Shown piece after piece: positions 42,242 through 51,159 of a stretch of DNA of 55,831 nt. Numbering within the stretch: the first letter of the stretch is position 1; each line of letters begins with the position of its first letter. Where the stretch lies: positions 1 through 55,831 of IMG/VR virus record IMGVR_UViG_3300027336_000040; one strand, 5' to 3'. The position numbers and the translations under genes were made by a program. The notes under the pieces were generated by a model. The model was not told the DNA's origin. It saw only the letters and a list, made by a program, of their open reading frames with translations, and did no database searches. Origin of the DNA: a virus. Lineage: Duplodnaviria; Caudoviricetes.

Positions 42242-42891
42242 TGGCGTCCTATGAAGACTTCTTCCCGTACGTCATGCCAGAGGTGATCGGCGCTCCTGAG
42301 CCGCTGGTCGTCCAGGCGATTCGCAATACCTGCATCGAGTTCTGCGAGAAGAGCTTAATCCTCACCCGCGATCACGATCCGGTGACGATCAGTCAGAACA
42401 TCGTCGACTACGACCTCGAGCCACCGACTGGTTACCTGGTCGTCAAGGTGCAGAAGGCGTGGCTCGACAACCGCGAGATCACCCCGCTGGCTCCTGACTT
42501 CGTGAACGACCCCGCCGTCTACAACCGGCTCTTCAGTTCATACCAGGCTCGCGGCAGCACGCCCACGGCGTACCTCCAGAAGGACGCTCGCACGATCTCT
42601 GTGTGGCCCCTGCCAGATCGACAGTACCGCAATGGTCTGACGATGCGCATTGCGCTCAAGCCCACCAGGGCCTCGACCACTATCGAGGACGAGGTCTTCG
42701 AGGACTACGCCGAGGCTATTGGTCAGGGCGCTGCGTATCGCCTTCAGGTGAGCGTTGGCAAGGCGTACACGAACCCAGATATGGCTGTGATCAACAAGGG
42801 CTTTTTCGACCAGGCGATCAACGTCGCCAGGCAGCGAGCCTCTCGTGGCCATGTGCGCTCGAGCCTGAGCGTGAAGATGAGGAAGATCTGA
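42241..42891 (+). CDS. Second adaptor / tail tubular-like protein
   Basis: AIRNTCIEFCEKS...WPLP...LKPT. Confidence 0.65.
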   Translation: MASYEDFFPYVMPEVIGAPEPLVVQAIRNTCIEFCEKSLILTRDHDPVTISQNIVDYDLEPPTGYLVVKVQKAWLDNREITPLAPDFVNDPAVYNRLFSSYQARGSTPTAYLQKDARTISVWPLPDRQYRNGLTMRIALKPTRASTTIEDEVFEDYAEAIGQGAAYRLQVSVGKAYTNPDMAVINKGFFDQAINVARQRASRGHVRSSLSVKMRKI

Positions 42892-43223
42892 TGGCCAAAA
42901 TCAATCTCGTGCAGGGCGACAACCTGCCGTACATCAAGCTGACATTGACCGACCCGTCGACCGGCGCGGCGATCAACTTGTCTGATTCAGAGATTGTTGT
43001 TCGCGTGCGCTTTCGCGCATCGGGCAGCAGCACAGTCCTGTCAACGATCACCTGTGAAAAGGTGAGCGGTGGCACTGGCGGTCAGGTCCGATTCAACTTC
43101 GGCCCAGGCGTACTCGACGTTGAGCCAGGCCCCTACGAGGGCGAAGTCGAGGTGGATTTCGATGGTCAGCTTCAGACCGTCTATGAGGTCCTCAAGTTCA
43201 ACGTCCGTTCCCAGTTTGCATAA
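42891..43223 (+). CDS. BppU N-terminal-like Ig-fold tail protein
   Basis: INLVQGDNLPYIKLTLTD...GPYEGEVEV. Confidence 0.65.
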   Translation: MAKINLVQGDNLPYIKLTLTDPSTGAAINLSDSEIVVRVRFRASGSSTVLSTITCEKVSGGTGGQVRFNFGPGVLDVEPGPYEGEVEVDFDGQLQTVYEVLKFNVRSQFA

Positions 43224-43233
43224 GGAGTAAACC

Positions 43234-43668
43234 ATGTCCGCAATGTCCGACTTTCTCGAAAACAAGATCATCGACCAGCTCTTCCGTGGCCAGGCCGCGC
43301 CCACGACCACCACCCTGCACGTCGGTCTGTTGACCGCAGCGCCCTCTGATTCCGGTGGTGGCACCGAGGTCACTGGTGGCTCTTACGCCCGTGTGGCCGT
43401 GACATCGTCGCTGGCCAACTGGGCTGGCACTCAGTCGGCCGGTAGCACCGTTGCCTCGACCGGTTCCGGTGGTCAGACCAGCAACAACGCTGCCATCACG
43501 TTCCCTACGCCCTCCGCTAACTGGGGCGCGGTGACTCACTTTGGCATCTACGACGCCGCGAGCGCAGGCAACCTGCTGTTCTGGGGTGCGCTCACCATCT
43601 CCAAGACGATCAACCAGGCTGACACGGTGACGTTCCCCGCTGCGTCCCTGTCGATCACCTTCGCTTAA
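43234..43668 (+). CDS. Tail fibre/head appendage protein
   Basis: MSDFLENK...EVTGGSYARV...WGAVTHFGIYDA...GNLLFWG. Confidence 0.65.
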   Translation: MSAMSDFLENKIIDQLFRGQAAPTTTTLHVGLLTAAPSDSGGGTEVTGGSYARVAVTSSLANWAGTQSAGSTVASTGSGGQTSNNAAITFPTPSANWGAVTHFGIYDAASAGNLLFWGALTISKTINQADTVTFPAASLSITFA

Positions 43669-43683
43669 TCGCTTGGGTCTGCG

Positions 43684-45486
43684 ATGTTGCTGAATGCGTC
43701 ACAGCTTAACCAGCTCGTCCTGAACGGGCGGTCTGGGACGCTTCAGCAGCTCGCAGGGGCAATCACCGCCACCGCAGCGACTTCTGCCGCCATCTCGAAG
43801 ACAGCCCGCGCTGCGGGAGTAATCACAGGCGCTGCAAGCCCGGTCGCATCGGCATCTCTCACCAAGAGACTTGCCGTCGCCGGGAACGCTTCTGTCGGCA
43901 CCGTGGCCAACTTCATTGTTGGCTACAAGATCGCTTCGAGCCAAACAGTCGCAGCAACCGTTGCCGCGAACGTGTCTCTGGGCTTCAAGCTGGGATCTGC
44001 CCCGACTGTCACAGCTTCTGTGGCTGGCGCGGCCGCAAAGACCTCCTGGCAGTCTGCCGCCATCTCTGCGTCGGCGAGCGTGTCTGGCGCGGTCGGCAAA
44101 ACCGCGAATCTTGCTGCGTCCATGTCCGTGGCAGCGGCAGCTTCTGCGGCAGTCAGCAAGACCTCCCGCCAATCCGGTTCGGCCTCCGTTTCCGCAGCGG
44201 TGTCGGGTGCAGTCTCGAAGACCAGCACGCAGTCCGCCGGAGCGTCTGTCGTCGCGATAGCGTCTGGAGTCTTCAGAGTCAACTATGTTGTTGCCGCCGC
44301 AGCCTCTGTCGTAGCAACGCCTTCCGTCGCGCTCAGCAAGACCAGTAGGCAGTCTGGATCAGCCTCGACGAGCGGTGTCACTGTCGGCTCCGCCGGTCTG
44401 TCGAAGGTGCTTGCATTTGTCGGCAGCACAACAGCCACAACCACTGCTAGCTCGAATGTCTCCAAGGTGTCTGCCGCTGCCGCGAGCGCCACCGCATCGA
44501 CCTCCGGTCTGGCGAGCCTGATTAACCCGCTTGCTGCACTTGGCGTGAACGCTGTTGCGCAAACAGCGGGTTCGGCTCTGATCGTCAAGAACATCGCCTT
44601 TGCCGGGAACGCAGTCGCCTCGACATCGTCTTCCGCTGCCGTCACCAAGCTGATGGCGGTTAACGCCGACGCAGTCGCCTCAACATCCAGCGCGGCTGAC
44701 ATCGAGAAGTCGATTGCCGCTGGCGGCTCTGCGACTGTGACTCCAGTCGTGCAGGCTGCTGTCTCGAAGAACATGAGCTTTGCTGGCTCCGCAACGATGA
44801 CCGTTGCCTCTGCGCCAGCAAGCATTACTAAGTCTCTGGGCATTACAGCCCAAGCAGTCGCCTCCACCGCATCCGCCGCCAGAGTTATCAAGTCAATGTC
44901 GATTGCTGCGTTGGCGACAGCGCAGACCTCTGGCGTGGCCTCGGTAACCAAGAGTGTTGCCTTCGTTGGCTCAACCGGCGCAACCACATCTGCGCTGCTC
45001 GGAATTCAAAAGCAGATTGCGGCGTCTGTCATCTGCTCAGTGTCTATTCCGGCCGCTGCTGTAGCGGTGTCCAAGAACATTTCTGGCGCGGGGGATAAGG
45101 TCTCGACCCTTGTTGGGCAGCTTGCCGTCACGGTCAGCATGTCCGGGATGTCGGGGTCGTTTGCTCTCAGTAGCACGACGCTTCACATCACCAAGAACGC
45201 CGACGGCTACTCGCTGGCTACGGTGGTCACGCAGGGGAATCTGCGCCGCCTCTACATCTACAACGGTGTGACGGCAGTTGCTTTTGTCCAAGGCCTGTCT
45301 GCTTCCGCAGTCGCTGAACGGATCGACGTGCAGGCCGAAGTGCAGCAGCTCTTGGCGGCTCCTATCGCCGGACTCATTGGCCTGAGCGCCGAAGCTGTGG
45401 GCGACTTCTCGCTGTCCTCCGAGGCCAGCGGCCAGATCAGCGTTGTTGCTGAGCTGGAAACGATTGAGATGAAACGGGTAGCGTAA
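43684..45486 (+). CDS. Ala/Ser/Thr/Val-rich repetitive virion protein
   Basis: Degenerate ~24-aa repeats, each with one Lys. Confidence 0.6.
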   Translation: MLLNASQLNQLVLNGRSGTLQQLAGAITATAATSAAISKTARAAGVITGAASPVASASLTKRLAVAGNASVGTVANFIVGYKIASSQTVAATVAANVSLGFKLGSAPTVTASVAGAAAKTSWQSAAISASASVSGAVGKTANLAASMSVAAAASAAVSKTSRQSGSASVSAAVSGAVSKTSTQSAGASVVAIASGVFRVNYVVAAAASVVATPSVALSKTSRQSGSASTSGVTVGSAGLSKVLAFVGSTTATTTASSNVSKVSAAAASATASTSGLASLINPLAALGVNAVAQTAGSALIVKNIAFAGNAVASTSSSAAVTKLMAVNADAVASTSSAADIEKSIAAGGSATVTPVVQAAVSKNMSFAGSATMTVASAPASITKSLGITAQAVASTASAARVIKSMSIAALATAQTSGVASVTKSVAFVGSTGATTSALLGIQKQIAASVICSVSIPAAAVAVSKNISGAGDKVSTLVGQLAVTVSMSGMSGSFALSSTTLHITKNADGYSLATVVTQGNLRRLYIYNGVTAVAFVQGLSASAVAERIDVQAEVQQLLAAPIAGLIGLSAEAVGDFSLSSEASGQISVVAELETIEMKRVA

Positions 45487-46466
45487 TGCCAGTCTTGTAC
45501 GCAAACAATGCAGCCTCGAGGCTCTCCGCCTCGATCACGAACACCGCCACCAGCTTTTCGGTGACCTCGGGCACTGGCGCATTGTTCCCGGCCATCTCTG
45601 GCGGCGACGTGTTCTACGCCACGCTAATGGACTCGGCTGGCAACCTCGAGGTCGTGCGGGTCACCGCTCGAGCCACCGACACATTCACCGTCGTTCGTGG
45701 GCAAGACGGCACCACGGGTCGCGCATTCTCCGTAAACGACATCGTTGAGATTCGGATCACGAGGGCGATGCTTAATGACCTGAAGGCCGAGCGACTTGCG
45801 CTGACTGGCGGCACGCTGACCGGCACATTAAACGGGGTCACCAGCGGCAGCACCACCACCGCAGCTTTTAATGCGGCAACCACAGGAGGTGGTTTTTCCG
45901 CGATGTGGGGCCGCTACGCGCCATTCAGAGCAACGGTAAACCATACGGGAAGTTCGTACGGGCCGGGGTTCTCGATGTACTACGAGTACACAGGCGGATA
46001 CGCAGGTCAGTACAGCCTCGGGCATTTAACTACCAGTGCCGCGAATCCGGGCAACTTCTGCATTCACCACATCAACAGCGCTGGGGCGTCCTTGGCCCTT
46101 TGGCAGTTTGATGGGGCGAACGGAAACTTTATTGCCCAAGGCAACGTCACCGCGTACTCGGATGAACGCCTGAAGAAAGATTGGGCCGCGCTGCCCGCTG
46201 ATTTTGTCGAGCGCCTAGCCGCCGTCAAGAGCGGCATCTACATTCGCGTCGACACCAACGAGCGCCAGGCAGGCGCGTCAGCCCAGGACTGGCAGAAGCT
46301 TCTTCCTGAAGTCGTCATGACTGGATCTGATTCCGACAAAACCCTGTCGCTGGCTTACGGTAATGCGGCCCTGGTTTCTGCAATCGAGCTGGCCAAAAAC
46401 AATCTTGAGCTTCGTGCGCGCATCGAGCGTCTTGAGCTGCTGATTGAGAAGTTGCTGGAGAAATAA
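45486..46466 (+). CDS. Tail fibre with C-terminal intramolecular chaperone (peptidase S74)
   Basis: N-terminal NNA...VTARATDTFTVVRGQDGT anchor; AYSDERLKK...AQD...LPE..YG chaperone. Confidence 0.85.
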   Translation: MPVLYANNAASRLSASITNTATSFSVTSGTGALFPAISGGDVFYATLMDSAGNLEVVRVTARATDTFTVVRGQDGTTGRAFSVNDIVEIRITRAMLNDLKAERLALTGGTLTGTLNGVTSGSTTTAAFNAATTGGGFSAMWGRYAPFRATVNHTGSSYGPGFSMYYEYTGGYAGQYSLGHLTTSAANPGNFCIHHINSAGASLALWQFDGANGNFIAQGNVTAYSDERLKKDWAALPADFVERLAAVKSGIYIRVDTNERQAGASAQDWQKLLPEVVMTGSDSDKTLSLAYGNAALVSAIELAKNNLELRARIERLELLIEKLLEK

Positions 46467-46883
46467 GTGCCAGCTCTTCAGTCATCCGGCGCGATCTCAC
46501 TTAACAACATAAAAACCCTGTTTGGTGGGGTAGCCAGCCCGTCGCTTGGGGACTATTACCGCAACAGCTCTTACATTCGAAGTTACTCCCAGAACTCAAC
46601 TCATTGGCTGTCTACAGACAGCGGCTATTTTGAGTTGTACTGGGGCGGGGCGAACATTGTTCCTCAATCGTCCGGCTGGTCACCGACCATGACCTCATAC
46701 ACAACGGGCGGTTACACGTATTTCAAGGGTGATGTTGCTGCTAACGATAGTGGATACGGCGGCTCAGGTTATGTGTGGAACTACGTGTATCGCGTTTTGA
46801 CAACCCTGGTTTCAGCCAACGGAGTCATACCCACCAGCGGCCCCATTTCAATGCGCAACTTCTACGGAGCAGAAAAACCATGA
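46467..46883 (+). CDS. Tail-fibre-associated small protein
   Basis: LQSSGAISL...IPTSGPISMRNFYG terminal motifs. Confidence 0.65.
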   Translation: MPALQSSGAISLNNIKTLFGGVASPSLGDYYRNSSYIRSYSQNSTHWLSTDSGYFELYWGGANIVPQSSGWSPTMTSYTTGGYTYFKGDVAANDSGYGGSGYVWNYVYRVLTTLVSANGVIPTSGPISMRNFYGAEKP

Positions 46884-47242
46884 ATGGAATCGAGCACAAG
46901 TTTTACATTGAGCGCCTTTACGTGCGTCAGTACGAGGGCACGCCCAATTCGATTGCTCGAGTGCATTGGGTGTGCGTGCTCAAGCGCAACGGCGCCAAGG
47001 TGTTTGCGCGGGGTCAAACTGACCTGGCTGCCCCGAACCCATCGACATTCATCAACATTGCTGAGCTAGAGGCTCAACAGGTTTTGGATTGGGTTGCAGC
47101 TCATGAAGGCGGTCAGCCTTGGGTCGATGGTCTGGTTGCAGTCCACGAACAAGCAATGCAGCAAGCCGAACAGAACCTGCTGTTTGAGGCTTGGCACATG
47201 CCTTTGATCAACCCTGTTCGTTTTGACCCCAAAGATGTTTGA
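46880..47242 (+). CDS. Hypothetical tail-associated protein
   Basis: ARVHW...FINIAEL..QQVLDWV. Confidence 0.6.
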   Translation: MNGIEHKFYIERLYVRQYEGTPNSIARVHWVCVLKRNGAKVFARGQTDLAAPNPSTFINIAELEAQQVLDWVAAHEGGQPWVDGLVAVHEQAMQQAEQNLLFEAWHMPLINPVRFDPKDV

Positions 47243-47822
47243 GTACGCCAAGCCAATAATTGATCTGACCAGCATCCCGGAAACCTGGGATGACGTTCGG
47301 GAATTTGCTCATTGGTGGTGCGGCGTTGGCATGCCGTTTCTCCCGCCAGATGGAGCGGAGATTTTCCTGTCTGATGATGCAACCTCGATGTGCGTTTTCA
47401 GGAGAGGGAGATTTCAAGTTGAGCTGTATTTGATTCACCCGAATCCAAACTTGCAGGCTCACGAGCACCCTGGCGTTGAAGTCATCAAGATGCGGATCGA
47501 GGGAACGTACTCTCCACGGACAGGCCCATTTGAATCTTCACCTACTTGGGGAAGGTTGTCTGAAACCTTGCTGGACGGCCAGGCTCATGGGAGCACTGGG
47601 TCACAGTATTCTCGACAGCTTGGATTTCCTCTGGTTGCGTTCCAGCAATGGAAGCACAGAGAGCCCTGCACCGTTGCTGCCGCTTGGAAGGGGCCGACTG
47701 TTGGCCCCATGCAGGAGAACTTGATTCGGAGGTTCTATCCCAACGCCTTCATTGAGCGCGGGTACGCCGACATCACGAAGCCTTCCAACTACAGGCAGCT
47801 GGTCTTGGAGGGTAAGGCATGA
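47235..47822 (+). CDS. Cupin-like protein
   Basis: FQVELYL...HEHPGVE...AHG. Confidence 0.5.
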   Translation: MFEYAKPIIDLTSIPETWDDVREFAHWWCGVGMPFLPPDGAEIFLSDDATSMCVFRRGRFQVELYLIHPNPNLQAHEHPGVEVIKMRIEGTYSPRTGPFESSPTWGRLSETLLDGQAHGSTGSQYSRQLGFPLVAFQQWKHREPCTVAAAWKGPTVGPMQENLIRRFYPNAFIERGYADITKPSNYRQLVLEGKA

Positions 47823-48235
47823 GCGCCCCGGAGATTGCCATTGGCTGCGTGGCCAACCTGTTCAGCCGCATGATGGTGTTTGAGAAGGTTGGAGACATTG
47901 AGGTTGGGCACGTTCACCAGTTTGATCACTTGACGCTGCTGGCCAAAGGCAAGCTCAAGGTAACGGTCAGCGGCCAGGTCTCGCTCTTCGCGGCGCCGCA
48001 CATGATCTACATCCATAAAGATCATGTTCATGAGCTTGAAGCGCTTGAAGACGGAACGGTTGCCTACTGCATTCACGCACTCCGCACGGCTGATCAGTCA
48101 GAGATTCTTGACCCAGCAATGATCCCGAACGGAGTAAACCCCGTAAGAGTTGCCGGGGCTGTGCGCGGCGACACCCTAAGCAACCCAAGCTCGCCGGGCC
48201 GTCGTATTGCCATCACGAGCCACGGTCATTCATGA
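47819..48235 (+). CDS. Cupin-domain protein
   Basis: GHVHQFDHLTLLAKG...HELEALED..AYCIH. Confidence 0.75.
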   Translation: MSAPEIAIGCVANLFSRMMVFEKVGDIEVGHVHQFDHLTLLAKGKLKVTVSGQVSLFAAPHMIYIHKDHVHELEALEDGTVAYCIHALRTADQSEILDPAMIPNGVNPVRVAGAVRGDTLSNPSSPGRRIAITSHGHS

Positions 48236-48328
48236 CCGCCACCTAAAATGTTTCCAAATGGGGTTGTCAATGCCAGCAACATTTCATTCCAGCAACCGGT
48301 CCCCCTGAACACACCAAGAGCATTACCT

Positions 48329-48559
48329 ATGGACGAGATTGATGTATCACACCGAGAAATCTACGACCGGCTTTTAGCCGTTGAGCATAAGGTCGACAAG
48401 ATTGACAGAGCAACCGAGAACGTCGTTGCAGCGTTTGGTGCTGCTCAAGGCGCATTCACCGTGCTCGAGTGGCTAGGCAGGCTGGCAAAACCCATCCTAT
48501 GGGTTGGAGGCGCCATCACTGCCATTGGCATTACTTGGCAGAACTTCCGTGTGAAGTAA
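48329..48559 (+). CDS. Holin-like / single-TM protein
   Basis: N-terminal coiled coil, C-terminal TM; start of the lysis cluster. Confidence 0.5.
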   Translation: MDEIDVSHREIYDRLLAVEHKVDKIDRATENVVAAFGAAQGAFTVLEWLGRLAKPILWVGGAITAIGITWQNFRVK

Positions 48560-48569
48560 GGAGCGCAGC

Positions 48570-49052
48570 ATGGAGCCGATCACGATGGCCCTTGCAGCTA
48601 TGGCCGCCGTACAAAAGACGGTGTCCATGATCAAGGAGGCGTCCAAGACTGCGGACGACGTACGAAGCCTCGGGCCTCTGCTGGGCAGATACTTCGAGCA
48701 AAAGCACGAAGTCACCAAAGCGCTGAAGGTCGCCAAAAAGAAGGGCGGCTCCAACATGGGGCAAGCCGTTCAGATCGAGCTCGACCTCAAGGCCCAGCGC
48801 GACTTTGAGGAGCAGGTCAAAGGACTGTTCTTCCCAAATAACATGGACGTGTGGAACTCCATCATGGTCCGCGTGGCCGAGATGGATAAGCAGGACAAGA
48901 TTGATGCGCAACTCGCTCGTGACCGGGCGCTTCGGGCTAAGCAGGAACAGGAAGAACTCTTCGAGATTTTGATTGTTGTCGGCGGCATCGTTGTCATCTT
49001 CGTTCTCGTGGGCTTCGGCGTCTACCTCGTGATGTATGGGATGAAACAATGA
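48570..49052 (+). CDS. Membrane-anchored coiled-coil protein
   Basis: MEPIT N-terminus, C-terminal TM helix. Confidence 0.6.
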   Translation: MEPITMALAAMAAVQKTVSMIKEASKTADDVRSLGPLLGRYFEQKHEVTKALKVAKKKGGSNMGQAVQIELDLKAQRDFEEQVKGLFFPNNMDVWNSIMVRVAEMDKQDKIDAQLARDRALRAKQEQEELFEILIVVGGIVVIFVLVGFGVYLVMYGMKQ

Positions 49053-49273
49053 AGCTCGCCGCAATATTGATGATCTTGCTGTTAACAGGTTGTGAAGACA
49101 GGTACCGGTATTTCTGCCAGAACCCCGACAACTTCGCCAAGGCAGAGTGTCAGAAGCCGAAGTGTCTGTTCACGCAGATGTGTCCCGAGTACTTAGTCGC
49201 GCCAATTCTGGAGAAGCAAATCAATGCCGTTCAAAATACTCAACCCGCATCCGAAGCAGCACCTAACCGCTGA
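49049..49273 (+). CDS. Small Cys-rich lipoprotein
   Basis: Lipobox LLTG-C; CQNP...CQKPKC....CPE. Confidence 0.7.
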   Translation: MKLAAILMILLLTGCEDRYRYFCQNPDNFAKAECQKPKCLFTQMCPEYLVAPILEKQINAVQNTQPASEAAPNR

Positions 49274-49730
49274 CGACATTGAAGTCCGAATCTGGGGCTT
49301 TGTTGTCATCACGGTGACCTTGATCCTCTGCTTCATCGTAGTCTCCATGCTGTACTCGGTGACGTTCGTCACCCAGCCGATTAAGTCGATGGCACCCATC
49401 GACCAGGCGTACACCAAGATGCTTAACGACATCGTCCTGCTCATCGTCGGCGGGATCGGTGGCGTCATGTCTAAGCGTGCCACTGGCGCAATCGCCAAGG
49501 CCATCGCGCCAACACCGACACCGCCAGCGCCAGCTCCGGCAGCGGGGGGTGAGCCCCCAAAGCCGCCAGCCCATCCGGTAACTCCTGACTGGAACTGGAT
49601 GGGCTACCAGAACCCCGAGCTCGACGAGTCCTGGGTGCCGCCTCCCCCGCCCGCCACACCGGCTAGCCATATCCCGCCGGAGGCTGAGGAGATTGCGCAG
49701 GAGCGCGCTGCTGCCAGGAGTGAGGCATGA
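49224..49730 (+). CDS. Two-TM membrane protein (holin candidate) with Pro-rich tail
   Basis: Two hydrophobic helices. Confidence 0.55.
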   Translation: MPFKILNPHPKQHLTADDIEVRIWGFVVITVTLILCFIVVSMLYSVTFVTQPIKSMAPIDQAYTKMLNDIVLLIVGGIGGVMSKRATGAIAKAIAPTPTPPAPAPAAGGEPPKPPAHPVTPDWNWMGYQNPELDESWVPPPPPATPASHIPPEAEEIAQERAAARSEA

Positions 49731-50227
49731 GCATTCAAAGACTTGGCATCGCCGTCCTGATCACCCTCTTGGTGATCTTCGGCATCTACCGGTTCGGCTT
49801 CGATGAGGGCTGGACCAAACGCGACGTTGAGATGCAAGCCGAGATCGCCAGAAAGAATGAAGAGGCTCGGCAGACAGAACAGCGCCTAAGCGATCAGATC
49901 AACACCCACGCCACAAAACTTGAAGAGGTCAACCATGCTCTCGATCAAAAGTCTTCCGCCCTTGATCGCGCTATCCGTACTGGCCGGGTGCGCCTCCCCG
50001 CCCCCAGTTGCGTACAAGCCCCCGCAAGTCCCGCCCCTGCCGCCGTCAATCTCGAAACAGCCAGCCAATCTGACCGACAGGCTGACCCAGGTCCTGATGC
50101 CGAGCGAGCAACCCTCCTCGCCATCGCCCAAATCGTCGCCGACGGCGACCGGGCAATCAACCAGCTCAACGCGTGCATCGACGCCTACAACTCAGTAAGG
50201 GAGCAGCTCAATGGCAGTAACCACTGA
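49727..50227 (+). CDS. Inner-membrane spanin (Rz-like)
   Basis: N-terminal TM, coiled coil, GDRAINQLNACIDAY. Confidence 0.8.
   Translation: MSIQRLGIAVLITLLVIFGIYRFGFDEGWTKRDVEMQAEIARKNEEARQTEQRLSDQINTHATKLEEVNHALDQKSSALDRAIRTGRVRLPAPSCVQAPASPAPAAVNLETASQSDRQADPGPDAERATLLAIAQIVADGDRAINQLNACIDAYNSVREQLNGSNH
49935..50198 (+). CDS. Embedded outer-membrane spanin (Rz1-like lipoprotein)
   Basis: +1 frame within Rz; signal with LAG-C lipobox, Pro-rich mature part. Confidence 0.7.
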   Translation: MLSIKSLPPLIALSVLAGCASPPPVAYKPPQVPPLPPSISKQPANLTDRLTQVLMPSEQPSSPSPKSSPTATGQSTSSTRASTPTTQ

Positions 50228-50822
50228 ACAGCTCCAGAAGCTGAAGATCAATCCAGAGCTCGCCCAAGCCTTAAACGGCACCTTCGATAGGTGGGGTATC
50301 ACCACCATGCGCCAGCAAGCCGCTTTCATCGGCCAGTGCGGACACGAGTCTGGAAACTTCAAGGTGCTCGAGGAGAACCTGAACTACGCCGCCGACCGCC
50401 TGATGAAGATCTGGCCTAAGCGCTTTCCTTCGATCGAGCTGGCCCAGCCATACCACCGCAACCCGCGCAAGATTGCCAACAAGGTGTACGCCAACCGGAT
50501 GGGCAACCGAGATGAGGCGTCAGACGACGGCTGGCGCTTCCGAGGCTCCGGCTGGGTGCAGCTCACCGGCCACGACAACTTCTATCACTTCAGTAAAGCG
50601 ATGGGCGTGGACTTCGTGATGAAGCCTGACCTCGTGCGCACACCTGAGTACGCCGCACAGAGCGCCGGTTGGTTCTGGTCAACCAAGGGCTGCAACCAGA
50701 TCGCTGACTCCGGTGACTGGAAGGCCCTGACTAGGCGCATCAACGGCGGCGAGATCGGCCTGGCCGACCGGATCAAGCACACCCAGGAGGCGATGCAGGT
50801 TCTGTCAGCCTCCCACGGATAA
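50211..50822 (+). CDS. Endolysin, glycoside hydrolase family 19
   Basis: AAFIGQCGHES, ENLNY, FRGSGWVQLTG, SAGWFW, RRINGG. Confidence 0.92.
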   Translation: MAVTTEQLQKLKINPELAQALNGTFDRWGITTMRQQAAFIGQCGHESGNFKVLEENLNYAADRLMKIWPKRFPSIELAQPYHRNPRKIANKVYANRMGNRDEASDDGWRFRGSGWVQLTGHDNFYHFSKAMGVDFVMKPDLVRTPEYAAQSAGWFWSTKGCNQIADSGDWKALTRRINGGEIGLADRIKHTQEAMQVLSASHG

Positions 50823-50843
50823 TTCCGGTCAAGCGAGGACACC

Positions 50844-51155
50844 ATGAAAGCATCCAACGTCAAGCGTGAAGGCGGCAAGCTGGTCTACCGAGGCCACGAG
50901 TTCGACGGCTTCAACAAGCCCAAGAGCGCGCCTTCCGGGGCCAAGGAAAAGAAGATGGTCCTCGCCAAGAAGGGCGACGAGGTCAAGCTGGTTCGCTTCG
51001 GCCTGCGCGGCATGGAGGACTACACCCAGCACAAGGACGACGGTCGCCGTAAGAACTACCTGGCTCGATCTGGCGGCATCCGCAACAAGAGCGGCGAGCT
51101 GACCAAGAACGACCCGTTCAGCGCCAACTACTGGGCGCGGAAAGTTTTGTGGTGA
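50844..51155 (+). CDS. Small Lys/Arg-rich conserved phage protein
   Basis: KLVRFG..GMEDYTQHKD..RRKNYLAR...SANYWARKVLW. Confidence 0.7.
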   Translation: MKASNVKREGGKLVYRGHEFDGFNKPKSAPSGAKEKKMVLAKKGDEVKLVRFGLRGMEDYTQHKDDGRRKNYLARSGGIRNKSGELTKNDPFSANYWARKVLW

Positions 51156-51159
51156 GCTG

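Noticed and set aside
43684-45486. Tape measure protein
   Set aside because: Beta-type small-residue repeats and podovirus-like gene set (nozzle, ejection proteins, no tail tube or chaperones) argue against it.
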